DNA of 64,000 nucleotides from Myxococcota bacterium (GTDB lineage Bacteria; Myxococcota_A; UBA9160; UBA6930). Location of the stretch: NCBI GenBank assembly GCA_965223415.1, contig OZ245002.1, positions 3,552,001 to 3,616,000 on the forward strand, in the 5' to 3' direction. A program made the translations under genes and the position numbers. The notes under the pieces were generated by a model. It was not told the origin of the DNA and made no database searches. It was given only the letters and a program-made list of their open reading frames with translations. Positions within the stretch are counted from its first letter, which is position 1. Each line of letters opens with the position of its first letter. Shown here piece after piece: positions 39,390 through 48,982 of this stretch.

Positions 39390-41216
39390 GTGAAGCGCGC
39401 CTCGATCCTCTTCGTCCTGCTGCTCTGCAGTGCATCCTCCGCCTGGGCGGAGACCGGCTCCTACTCGCCCTACGCCGGCGAGAGCCTTCCGATGCAGCTC
39501 TTGTGGGGCGATACCCACGTGCACAGCTCCTTCAGCATGGACGCGAGCACGATGGGCAACACGCGGCTCGATCCGGGGGCGGCCTACCGCTTCGCGAAGG
39601 GGGAGACGGTCACGTCGAACACCGGCCAGGCGGTGCGGCTCGATCGGCCCCTCGACTTCCTCGTCGTCTCCGACCACGCCGAGTACATGGGCGTGCTGCC
39701 GAAGATGCGCGCGCAGGATCCGCTCGTCCTCGGTGATCCGGACGGCAAGCGGATCTTCGATGCCCTCGCGGGCGGCCCGGACGCGGCGGGCGAGATCATG
39801 CAGGAGCTGATCGCCTCGCTGATGAGCAACCGGCCGATCTTCGACAACGAGCAGGTGAAGCGCAGCATCTGGAGCGAGATCACCTCCCTCGCGGATCGGC
39901 ACAACCGGCCCGGCGTCTTCAGCGCCCTGATCGGCTACGAGTGGACATCGATGCCGGGAGGCGACAACCTGCACCGGGTGGTCGTCTACGCGGACGGGGC
40001 GGACAAGGCGGCGCAGCTCATCCCCGTGTCCGCCTTCGACGGCCAGCGTCCCGAGGATCTCTGGGGGTTCCTGCAGCGCTACGAGGCGAAGACCGGCGGG
40101 CGCATCCTCGCCATCCCCCACAACGGGAACGTGAGCAACGGTCGCATGTTCGCGGTGGAGGACTCGAGCGGCGCGCCGATCGGCGGGCCCTATGCCACGC
40201 GGCGGGCGCGCTGGGAGCCGCTGGTCGAGGTGACCCAGATCAAGGGCGACGCCGAGACCCATCCCCTGCTCTCGCCGGACGACGAGTACGCGGACTTCGA
40301 GACCTGGGACACGGGCAACCTGAACATCGGCGCCACGGTGCCGAAGAAGGCCAGCATGCTCGAGTACGAGTACGCCCGCTCGGCCCTGGGGCTCGGCCTG
40401 CGCCTCGAGGCGGCCACCGGTGTGAACCCCTTCAAGTTCGGCATGATCGGCAGCACCGACGCCCACACCTCCCTCGCCACCGGCGCCGAGGACAACTTCT
40501 GGGGCAAGGCGGTGATGGTGGAGCCTGGGCAGCCGCGCACGAACGAGGTGTTTCTGCCCTCGGCCGGCGGCGACGAGCTGGCGATCATGGCCTGGCAGCA
40601 GGTGGCGTCGGGCTACGCCGCCGTCTGGGCCACCGAGAACACCCGCGAGGCGATCTTCGATGCCATGCGACGCAAGGAGGTGTATGCCACGAGCGGCCCG
40701 CGCATGCGCGTGCGCTTCTTCGGCGGCTGGAGCTTCGATGCGGAGGACGCGCTGCATCCAGACCTGGCGCGCACCGGCTATCGCAAGGGCGTCCCGATGG
40801 GCGGCGATCTGCCGGCGAAGGCTGGCGACGCCCCGGCCTTCCTCGTGTCGGCCCTGCGCGATCCGAGCGGCGCCAACCTGGAGCGGGTGCAGATCGTGAA
40901 GGGCTGGCTCGACGGGGAAGGCGTGTTGCAGGAGCGCGTGCACGACGTCGCCGTGGCCGGGACGACGGGCACGACCGTCGACGAAGCCAGCGCCACCTAC
41001 ACGAACAGCGTGGGCGAGTCGCAGCTCACCGCCGTCTGGCGCGACCCGGACTTCGACCCGAGCGAGCGCGCCTTCTACTACGCCCGCGTCATCGAGATCC
41101 CCACTCCGCGCTGGAACGCCTACGATGCCGTTCGCCTCGGCACCGAAGTCACCCCCGACGCCCCGCGCACCCTCCAGGACCGCGCCTACACCTCCCCCAT
41201 CTGGTACACCCCCTGA
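39390..41216 (+). CDS. DUF3604 family secreted protein (second paralogue)
   Basis: Signal peptide, WGDTHVHSSFSMDA, FLVVSDHAE, IPHNGNVSNG, EVTQIKGDAETHP, GSTDAH and QDRAYTSPIWY. Confidence 0.88.
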   Translation: MKRASILFVLLLCSASSAWAETGSYSPYAGESLPMQLLWGDTHVHSSFSMDASTMGNTRLDPGAAYRFAKGETVTSNTGQAVRLDRPLDFLVVSDHAEYMGVLPKMRAQDPLVLGDPDGKRIFDALAGGPDAAGEIMQELIASLMSNRPIFDNEQVKRSIWSEITSLADRHNRPGVFSALIGYEWTSMPGGDNLHRVVVYADGADKAAQLIPVSAFDGQRPEDLWGFLQRYEAKTGGRILAIPHNGNVSNGRMFAVEDSSGAPIGGPYATRRARWEPLVEVTQIKGDAETHPLLSPDDEYADFETWDTGNLNIGATVPKKASMLEYEYARSALGLGLRLEAATGVNPFKFGMIGSTDAHTSLATGAEDNFWGKAVMVEPGQPRTNEVFLPSAGGDELAIMAWQQVASGYAAVWATENTREAIFDAMRRKEVYATSGPRMRVRFFGGWSFDAEDALHPDLARTGYRKGVPMGGDLPAKAGDAPAFLVSALRDPSGANLERVQIVKGWLDGEGVLQERVHDVAVAGTTGTTVDEASATYTNSVGESQLTAVWRDPDFDPSERAFYYARVIEIPTPRWNAYDAVRLGTEVTPDAPRTLQDRAYTSPIWYTP

Positions 41217-41270
41217 ACGCGACACACGGCGTGTTGCGTCCGTCTCCCCGGGGCGCGACCCTTCCGCGCG

Positions 41271-42035
41271 ATGCGCGAGCGCCTCGTTCCCCTCGAGGGC
41301 ACCCAGAACTTCCGCGATCTCGGCGGCTACCCGACGGAAGACGGGCGGACCGTGCGCTGGGGCTTCGTCTACCGCTCCGACGCGCTCTCGACGCTGACGC
41401 CGTCCGACATCGCCCGACTCGAGACCCTCGGGCTCCGGCTGGTGATCGACTTCCGCGGCGAAGAGGAGACCTACCTCGAGCCCGGGCCGTATCGGGGACA
41501 CGAGCGCGTCGCCTACCGCCACCTGCCGATCGGCGAGAACGCGTCACCTGCCGAGTGGCGCGAGCGCTTCCGTCGCGGCGAGCTCGGCGCCTTCGACGAG
41601 GGCTGGCTGGCGCGCAGCTACACGGGGATGCTCGACCGCATCCCCGACCGCTTCGCCAGCGTGCTGCGGGCGCTGGCGGAGGACGATCTGCCCGCCGTCT
41701 TCCACTGCACCGCGGGCAAGGACCGGACCGGCGTGATGGCGGCGTTGCTTCTGCGCCTACTCGGCGTGCCCCGCACCCACGTCGTCGCCGACTACGCGCT
41801 CTCGTCCCACTACACCCGGGGCGCCAGCCGGGCGGCCACGCGCTGGTTCGGCGAGCTGGGCCTCGAACGGGCCGACGTCTCCCACCTGCTCTCGGCGCTG
41901 CCCGGCAACATGGAGACCGCTCTCGACCACCTGGACGCCGAGCACGGCGGTGCCGAGCGCTATGCCCGCGAGCGGATGGGGCTCGAGGGCGACGTCGTCG
42001 TGGCCCTGCGCGAGCGTCTCCTCACCGCGAGCTGA
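41271..42035 (+). CDS. Tyrosine/lipid phosphatase (Y_phosphatase3 family)
   Basis: NFRDLGGY, VYRSDAL and active-site loop HCTAGKDRTG. Confidence 0.92.
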   Translation: MRERLVPLEGTQNFRDLGGYPTEDGRTVRWGFVYRSDALSTLTPSDIARLETLGLRLVIDFRGEEETYLEPGPYRGHERVAYRHLPIGENASPAEWRERFRRGELGAFDEGWLARSYTGMLDRIPDRFASVLRALAEDDLPAVFHCTAGKDRTGVMAALLLRLLGVPRTHVVADYALSSHYTRGASRAATRWFGELGLERADVSHLLSALPGNMETALDHLDAEHGGAERYARERMGLEGDVVVALRERLLTAS

Positions 42036-42058
42036 ACCCAACACCCCGTTGTGTTCAG
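42032..42058. terminator. Hairpin between convergent genes
   Basis: CTGAACCCAAC-ACCCC-GTTGTGTTCAG. A similar hairpin, ACGCGACAC-ACGGC-GTGTTGCGT, lies at 41217-41239. Confidence 0.5.
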
Positions 42059-43437
42059 AGGAGGCGGTGGAGGTACCAGGCGAGGAACGCGATGAGGAAG
42101 AGGGTGGTGGCGACCATGGCGGTGAGCCAGAGGGCGCCGGCGGCGCCTCGGGGGCGGTCGTCACCCAGGTAGGCGGGGCTGCGCTGGAGGAGGCAGAAGC
42201 CCAGGTAGGCGGCGGGGAGGAAGATCCCGCACACGATGTTCGTCGGCACGGCGACCCAGACGGCGATGTCGCTCCAGTAGACGCAGCCGAGCACGCCGGG
42301 AACCGGGAGCCAGGTGGCGAGGCGGTGCTTGAAGCTCCCGACGCGGAGGCCGAGCAGCTCCACGCCGACGAAGCCGCAGGTGAGCATCTGCAGGGTGATC
42401 GACGAGAGCGCCATGCCGAGGATGCCGAGGCCGAACACGAGACGCCCAGCCGCCGGTCCGACGCCCCCGGCCAGCACTTGGGCCGCCTCCACCGGCGACA
42501 GGCGCATCCCCTGGTAGGCCGGGTCGAGGTGGATCGTGTTGGCGGTGGCGATCACCACGAGGCTCACGGCGATCGCGTAGGGCAGGAACATCCCGAGCAG
42601 CAGGTCGAACTGGGAGAGCTCGCGGTGGGCACGGCCCCAGCCCCGGGCCAGCAGCGTGTAGGGGTAGAGGAAGACCATGTTCACCCCGACGGCAGCCGAG
42701 AGGCCTGAGAGGATCAGGGTCACGGCCGCCACGCCGTTGCGATCGTCCGGCACCTGGAAGGTGAGGAAGCCGCGCAGGAGCTCGCCCCAGTCAGAGATCC
42801 CGGTGCGGAACACGACCCACGCGAAGCACAGGACGATGCCCCACACCATCCCCTGCAGCAGTCGCTCGTAGACCCGTACCCAGCGCTCCGACCGGCCGTA
42901 CATCCCGGACACGACGACGGCCCACACCAGCACGAGGCCGCCGGCCAGCACCGGCGACGCGCCGGGCCAGCCGGCCAGGTCGCCCAGGTCGACGAGCACC
43001 GCCGATGCCAGCGCGTACTGGGGAAACTGCCAGATGAGCGACGACACGAGCGCGCCAAGGGCCCAGGCCCAGGCGAAGAAGGGCCCGGCGTGCTCGCGCA
43101 TGGCGGGCCAGGGACGCCGCCCGGTCGAGAGCGTCTGCCAGGAGACCGCCGCCAACATGCAGAGGCCGAGAGCCATGGCGAGGGGTGCGACCCAGAGGAG
43201 CTGGTAGCCGAAGATGGCGCCGGCGAAAAGCGCCGACGACGCGGTGCCGCCGCCCAGGGTCATCGCGCTCTGGAGGTAGCCCGGGCCGAGCAGGCGCAGG
43301 TAACCACGCACCCGCCGGCCCAGGGGCTCCTGGCCCAGCAGCACCAGCGTCTCGCGCTCCCGGGCCAGCGCCGCCGGGTTCGGCGGGCTCGCCATGCGAA
43401 GGCCTTGCCACGTCGGGTCGCGTGCGGGCTCGTTCAC
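42055..43437 (-). CDS. NRAMP-related divalent metal transporter
   Basis: LGPGYLQSAMTLGGGT, GAIFGYQLLWV, AAVGVNMVFLYPY and about 11 TM segments. Start may be 43395. Confidence 0.8.
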   Translation of the reverse strand: MNEPARDPTWQGLRMASPPNPAALARERETLVLLGQEPLGRRVRGYLRLLGPGYLQSAMTLGGGTASSALFAGAIFGYQLLWVAPLAMALGLCMLAAVSWQTLSTGRRPWPAMREHAGPFFAWAWALGALVSSLIWQFPQYALASAVLVDLGDLAGWPGASPVLAGGLVLVWAVVVSGMYGRSERWVRVYERLLQGMVWGIVLCFAWVVFRTGISDWGELLRGFLTFQVPDDRNGVAAVTLILSGLSAAVGVNMVFLYPYTLLARGWGRAHRELSQFDLLLGMFLPYAIAVSLVVIATANTIHLDPAYQGMRLSPVEAAQVLAGGVGPAAGRLVFGLGILGMALSSITLQMLTCGFVGVELLGLRVGSFKHRLATWLPVPGVLGCVYWSDIAVWVAVPTNIVCGIFLPAAYLGFCLLQRSPAYLGDDRPRGAAGALWLTAMVATTLFLIAFLAWYLHRLL

Positions 43438-43604
43438 TCGGGCAGCTCCCTGGCCGGGGCGACGAGCGGCGTGCGCCTCCCCGGGGATCCTGGAGGCGTA
43501 CCCGTAGCCCGGTGCGCCCGGGCAGTCGAGGGACGTCGCCGGGCGGGTGGGCAGCTATGATCGTCACCCGGCTCCACCGACCTGCAGGAGAGTCTCCCCG
43601 CCCG

Positions 43605-46394
43605 ATGCGTCGCGTCCTCGGAATCACCTTCGGGCTGTTGTTCGGGCTGGGCATCGCCGCGGCCGTGGCCTGGCGTTGGCTCATGGGGCCCGCCCCGGAG
43701 GCCATCCTCGCGAACATCGAGGTGCCGCCGGCCCCCGTCCTCTCGCCCCCGGAGGAGCTCGCGACCTTCCGCGTCGCGCCGGGCTTCCGCGTCGAGCTGG
43801 TGGCGGCGGAGCCCCTGGTGGTGGATCCGGTCGCGATCGACTGGGACGACCAGGGCCGCCTCTACGTGGTGGAGATGCGTGGCTTCATGCCCGACATCGA
43901 CGGCCGCGACGAGGAGAAGCCCGTCGGTCGTGTCGTGGTGCTCGAAGACACGGACGCCGACGGCCGCATGGACCGGAGCGAGGTCTTCCTCGACGAGCTG
44001 GTGATGCCCCGCGCCATCGCGGTGCTGCCGGAGGGCGTGCTCGTCGGCGAGCCGCCCCACCTGTGGCTCTGCCGGAGCCAGGGTGCGCAGCCTCGCTGCG
44101 ACGAGAAGACCCGCCTCACCTCCTACGCGGTCGAGGGCAACCCGGAGCACCAGGAGAACGGCCTCCTCCCCGGCCTCGACGGCTGGATCTACAACGCCAA
44201 GTCCGAGCGCCGCTTCCGCCTGGACGGCGACACCCTCGAGATCCAGCCGACGGCCTTCCGGGGCCAGTGGGGCATCGCCCAGGACGATGCCGGGCGCGTC
44301 TTCTACAACCACAACTCCGGCTTCCTCTACGGCGACGCCATCCCCGCCGATTACGCCCTGCGCCAGGCCGCTACTGCGGCCGCGGTGCCGAAGCCGGGCG
44401 TGAACGTCGAGCTGGCCGCCGGTGAGCTGGTGCACGGCGTGCGTGTCGCGCCGGGCCTGAACCGCGCCTACCTGCAGGGCACCCTGCGCGCCGACGGCCG
44501 CCAGGCCGGGCCCACCGGCGTGAGTGGGCTCGCGATCCAGCGGGGCGACCAGTACGGGCCGGAGCTCGTCGGCCACGCCTTCGTGCCGGAGGCGGCCGGC
44601 GCCAGCGTCCTGCACTTCGCCGTCACCCGCGACGGCATCGCGCTGGGCGCCGAGCACCGGCTCTACCCCGACGACGAGTGGGGCGAGCGCGAGTTCCTCG
44701 CCTCCACCGACGAGCGCTTCCGCCCCGTCGATGCCGAGGTTGGACCCGATGGCGCCATCTGGGTGATCGACATGTACCGCGGGGTGATCCAGCACGCGGA
44801 ATACGTCTCGGACCACCTGCGCGCCTACGTGGAAGAGCACGGCCTGGCGCCGCCGGGGGCGACCGGCCGCATCTGGCGGATCGTTCGCGACGACCGGCCG
44901 CTGCTCCGGGAAACCCCTCCGCTCGGCACCCTCGAAGAGCAGCTGGCCGGCCTCGACCATCCGAACGGTTGGGTTCGCGACCGCGCCCAGCGGCGCCTCG
45001 CGTTTCGGGGCGGTCCGGACGTCATCGCGGCCCTGCGCGGCCTCGAGCGCTTCGGCCCCCTGGGCCGCCGGCATGCCCTGTGGGCGCTCGACCGTCTGGG
45101 TGCCGTGGACCCGGCCACCTGGCGCCGCGCGCTGGCCGATGCCGATCCGGTGCTCCGCCAGATCGCCCTGCGCACCGGGGAGGCGCTGCTGGCCGACCCG
45201 GACGTCCGGGCGGCGGTGGCGGAACGCCGATCCGATCCCGACGACGCGGTGCGCCTCCAGGCCCTGCACTCGTTAGGCGAGGCGCCGGTCGCGTCTCGGC
45301 CCGTCGCGGCCCTGTTGGAAGCGGGCCGCCGGGGCGACGCCCTCACCCGTCAAGCCGCCGTCTCGGGGCTGGGTGGCTTCGAGCTCGCGGCGCTGGAGGG
45401 CGAGCTGGCTCGCGGCGACGCGCCCGAGGAGTGGATCGAACAGCTCGCTGCGGCGGCCCAGCTCGCGGCCCACGCGGCCCCCGATCCCGCCGCGGCGGTG
45501 GCCCTGCTCCTCGACCTGGTCGACGGCCTCTCCGGCGAGGAGGCCGCCGTCGGCGTGCTGGAGGGCATCGCCCTGGCGCAGCGCAGCCCGGCGAGCCGTC
45601 GCGTGGAGCTCGAGGCGCCGCACCGGCTCTTCGACGAGGAGCGCGAGTTCCCCGACCGCATCGCCGCCCAGCTCCGCCGCCTGCGCCGGCACTTCACCTG
45701 GCCCGGCGATCCGCAGCCCGGCGGCGCGCGTCCCCTGACGGCGGAGGAGGAGACGCGGCGCGAGGCCGGGCGCACGCTCTACGCCCAGAGCTGCGCCACC
45801 TGCCACGGCGCCGAGGGTCGGGGCAACGCCGGCCTCGCGCCGAGCCTCGTGAGCTCGCCGTGGGTGCGCGACGCCGATGCCTGGCTCGTGCGCATCACCC
45901 TCGACGGCCTGACCGGTCCGCTCCGCATCGACGGCGGGGACTGGAACCTGACCATGCCCGGCCACCGCCACGACCCGCGCTTCGCCGACGACGGGCTGGC
46001 CGGCGTGCTCACCCATCTGCGCCGGGCCTGGGGCCACGCGGGCGAGCCGGTGACGCCGGAGACCGTCGCCCGCATCCGCGCCGAGACCGAGGGGCGGGGC
46101 GTTCCCTGGACGGTGGCGGAGCTGCTCGCGCTGCCGGTCGAGCACCGCCTCGATCGCTACGCCGGCCTCTACGGCATCCCGCTGGTCGGGATCCAGCTCG
46201 AGGTCGGCCGCAAGGATCACGCGCTCACCATCGGACAGGGGGGGGGCCCGAGCGGGTCGCTCACCGAGGTGGGCGACGGCCTCTTCGTGGCCGAGGGCAT
46301 GGCGATCCAGTTCGAGGAGGACGATGAGGGCCGGATCGACGGGGCCAGCGTGGTGCGGGACGGCACGACGTTCCCGATCTCCCGGGAGCGCTGA
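43605..46394 (+). CDS. PVC-type membrane-bound dehydrogenase/heme protein (beta-propeller, HEAT repeats, cytochrome c)
   Basis: FRVAPGFRVELVAAEPLVVDPVAIDWD, LEDTDADGRMD, ERFRPV..GPDGAIWVIDMYRG, HEAT-like repeats and CATCH. Confidence 0.85.
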   Translation: MRRVLGITFGLLFGLGIAAAVAWRWLMGPAPEAILANIEVPPAPVLSPPEELATFRVAPGFRVELVAAEPLVVDPVAIDWDDQGRLYVVEMRGFMPDIDGRDEEKPVGRVVVLEDTDADGRMDRSEVFLDELVMPRAIAVLPEGVLVGEPPHLWLCRSQGAQPRCDEKTRLTSYAVEGNPEHQENGLLPGLDGWIYNAKSERRFRLDGDTLEIQPTAFRGQWGIAQDDAGRVFYNHNSGFLYGDAIPADYALRQAATAAAVPKPGVNVELAAGELVHGVRVAPGLNRAYLQGTLRADGRQAGPTGVSGLAIQRGDQYGPELVGHAFVPEAAGASVLHFAVTRDGIALGAEHRLYPDDEWGEREFLASTDERFRPVDAEVGPDGAIWVIDMYRGVIQHAEYVSDHLRAYVEEHGLAPPGATGRIWRIVRDDRPLLRETPPLGTLEEQLAGLDHPNGWVRDRAQRRLAFRGGPDVIAALRGLERFGPLGRRHALWALDRLGAVDPATWRRALADADPVLRQIALRTGEALLADPDVRAAVAERRSDPDDAVRLQALHSLGEAPVASRPVAALLEAGRRGDALTRQAAVSGLGGFELAALEGELARGDAPEEWIEQLAAAAQLAAHAAPDPAAAVALLLDLVDGLSGEEAAVGVLEGIALAQRSPASRRVELEAPHRLFDEEREFPDRIAAQLRRLRRHFTWPGDPQPGGARPLTAEEETRREAGRTLYAQSCATCHGAEGRGNAGLAPSLVSSPWVRDADAWLVRITLDGLTGPLRIDGGDWNLTMPGHRHDPRFADDGLAGVLTHLRRAWGHAGEPVTPETVARIRAETEGRGVPWTVAELLALPVEHRLDRYAGLYGIPLVGIQLEVGRKDHALTIGQGGGPSGSLTEVGDGLFVAEGMAIQFEEDDEGRIDGASVVRDGTTFPISRER

Positions 46395-46425
46395 CTCGAC
46401 CCCGGGGATCGGGCACCTTCCCGCC

Positions 46426-48849
46426 GTGTCGTCCACTCGTTCCCTCCCGTGGCTCCTGCTGCTCGTGCTCGCGGTGCCTCTCACCGCCCGAGCCGAGGAC
46501 GAGCCCAGCCCGCCGGCGCCGGCTCCCTTCGAGCTCTTCGAGGTGCCCTCCGAGGCGGACGAGCTGGCGCGCCTGCACGGGGAGGCCCGGCTGCTCGCCG
46601 CGACGGATCCCGCCATCGAGGCCCTGCGTGCGGAGGTGGCGGAGAGCGGTGCCGGCCTCGAGGCGGCGCGCGGGGAGCTCGCGGCCAGGCTGGCGGCGGC
46701 ACCGCGCCTCGACGAGCTGGCGGATCTCGAGCAGGCATGGCACGCCCGGGCCCGGGGTGCCGTTGCCTGGCGCGAGGCCCTCGACCAGCGGCTCGCCGCC
46801 CTGGAGCGGACCCGCCGGAAGCTCACGGCCCAGCGCGGACGCTGGGAAGCCACGCTGGCCGCCTCCCGCGACGAGGCCGGACCGCCGGAGGTGCAGCAGG
46901 CGATCCACGCGGCGCTGGACGAGCTCCGGGCGAGCGACCGCCAGGTCTCGGCCAGCCTCGGCCGGCTGTTCTCGTTGCAGCAGGAGCTCTCGTCCTACGA
47001 GGCCGGGATCGGCGAGTCCCTCGCCGCGATCCTCGCCCATCGGGGCGAGGTGCGCGCCAGTCTCCTCGAGGCCGAGCGGCCGCCGCTCTGGGCGCTGCCC
47101 CGGGCTCCCGGCGAGGAGCCGCTGATGGCGCGCGCCGGCCGCTCGGCGGGCTCGGACTTCCGGGCCTTCCTGGCCTGGTGGCAGGCGCCGGAGGCGCCGC
47201 GCAGCCGGGTCGCGATCCTGGTGCTGGGCGCCCTCGCGCTCATCCTCGCCCTGCGCGCGCGCTCCCGGCACTGGCCGCCGGACGACCCGCGCCGCGAGCA
47301 GGGGCGGCTCCTGCTGCGGCGCCCCTGGTCGATGGCGCTGGTCGCCGGTCTGGGCACGACGGCCCTCGTCACGCCCCCCGCGCCGCGTCCGGTGATGGAG
47401 CTGATGGGTCTCGTCTTCCTGGTGCCGGCACTTCGCGTGCTCTCGGTGGCCGTGCCCCGCGCGTTTCACGGTTCCCTCGTCGGCCTGGCGGTCTTCTACC
47501 TGCTCGATCGGCTCCGGGGGATCCTCGAGCCCGTCGAAGGCGCCGGGCGCTGGCTTCTCCTGTTCGAGGTGCTGGCGGCGCTGGCGGTCCTGCTGTGGAT
47601 GCTGCGCCCGAAGCGCCTCCAGAAGGAGGAGACCTGGCAGCTCACCAGCCCCTTCCTGTTGTGGGCGGTGACACGCGTCGGTGTCGTCCTGCTCTCGGCG
47701 GCGGTCCTCGCCAACGTGCTCGGCTTCGTGGACCTCTCCCGGGTCCTCGGCGAGGGCGTGCTCAACGCGGCCTACCTGGGCGTGCTGGTCGTCGGCGCCA
47801 TGCAGGTGGCTCGCAACTTCCTCGCCATCCTGCTGGGGAGCGAGACCGCGAAGGCCGTGCGCATGGTGCGGCTGAAGCCGCGCCGGGTCGAGCGGGCCTT
47901 GCGACGGGGCCTAGCCTGGGCGGTCGGGCTCACCTGGCTCCACTTCACCCTGGGCTTCTTCGCCGTCCGGGATGCGGTGTACGGCGCGGCGGCGGCCATC
48001 CTCACCACGACCGTCACCCTCGGCGAGGTCGAGCTTCGGCTCGGGGATCCGGCGCTCCTGGTCGGCGTGCTGTGGATCGCCGTCCTGCTCTCGCGGCTGC
48101 TGCGCTTCGTGCTCCAGGAGGAGGTGTTTCCCCGCGTCCGCATGAAGCGCGGTGTTCCCAACGCGCTCTCGACCATGTTGCACTACGGGCTGGTACTGCT
48201 CGGCCTGTGGATCGGGTTCTCGGCGGTAGGGCTCCAGTTCGACCGTCTCGCCATCGTGCTGGGCGCCCTCGGCGTGGGCATCGGCTTCGGCCTCCAGAAC
48301 GTGGTCAACAACTTCGTCTCCGGGCTGATCCTGCTCTTCGAGCGGCCGGTGCAGGTCGGCGACACGGTGCAGATGGGCGCGGTGCACGGCGACGTGCGCC
48401 GCATCGGGGCCCGCTCCAGCACCATCCGCACCTGGGACGGCTCCGAGATCATCGTTCCCAACGCGGACCTGGTCTCCCAGCAGGTGATCAACTGGACGCT
48501 CTCGGACCGCCGACGCCGGATCGACCTGGACTTCGGCGTGGCCTACGGCACCGATCCCGAGGTAGTGCAGACGATCCTGCGCGACGCGGCCAGCCAGCAC
48601 GCCGCCGTGCTCGAGACGCCGGCCCCGGAGGCTCTGTTCACCGGCTTCGGGGACAGCGCGCTGCTCTTCCAGCTCCGCGCCTGGGTCCGGGATCCGGAGC
48701 ACTGGATGACGGCCCGCAGCGAGATCAACGTGGTGGTGAACGCCGCCCTCGGCGAGGCCGGGATCGAGATCCCGTTCCCCCAACGCGACGTCCACTTCCG
48801 GACGCCCCTCGCGGGCGCAGGGGCTCCGCCGACCGGGTATGGCGAATAG
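46426..48849 (+). CDS. MscS/MscK-type mechanosensitive channel with a large periplasmic coiled domain
   Basis: GALGVGIGFGLQNVVNNFVSGLILLFERPVQVGD, IIVPNADL, GVAYGTD and IEIPFPQRDVH. Confidence 0.92.
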   Translation: MSSTRSLPWLLLLVLAVPLTARAEDEPSPPAPAPFELFEVPSEADELARLHGEARLLAATDPAIEALRAEVAESGAGLEAARGELAARLAAAPRLDELADLEQAWHARARGAVAWREALDQRLAALERTRRKLTAQRGRWEATLAASRDEAGPPEVQQAIHAALDELRASDRQVSASLGRLFSLQQELSSYEAGIGESLAAILAHRGEVRASLLEAERPPLWALPRAPGEEPLMARAGRSAGSDFRAFLAWWQAPEAPRSRVAILVLGALALILALRARSRHWPPDDPRREQGRLLLRRPWSMALVAGLGTTALVTPPAPRPVMELMGLVFLVPALRVLSVAVPRAFHGSLVGLAVFYLLDRLRGILEPVEGAGRWLLLFEVLAALAVLLWMLRPKRLQKEETWQLTSPFLLWAVTRVGVVLLSAAVLANVLGFVDLSRVLGEGVLNAAYLGVLVVGAMQVARNFLAILLGSETAKAVRMVRLKPRRVERALRRGLAWAVGLTWLHFTLGFFAVRDAVYGAAAAILTTTVTLGEVELRLGDPALLVGVLWIAVLLSRLLRFVLQEEVFPRVRMKRGVPNALSTMLHYGLVLLGLWIGFSAVGLQFDRLAIVLGALGVGIGFGLQNVVNNFVSGLILLFERPVQVGDTVQMGAVHGDVRRIGARSSTIRTWDGSEIIVPNADLVSQQVINWTLSDRRRRIDLDFGVAYGTDPEVVQTILRDAASQHAAVLETPAPEALFTGFGDSALLFQLRAWVRDPEHWMTARSEINVVVNAALGEAGIEIPFPQRDVHFRTPLAGAGAPPTGYGE

Positions 48850-48982
48850 AGCGGCCGGCGGCTGCATTGGAAGCGGCCGCAGCTAGCGGGCTGCACCGTC
48901 GTGTCTTCACTGCAGCAGCCGCGCCCCAGCGCGGCGCTCCGCCCGCAGCAGCCGGCACGCTGCTTGCTACTTCCCCTCCCGC

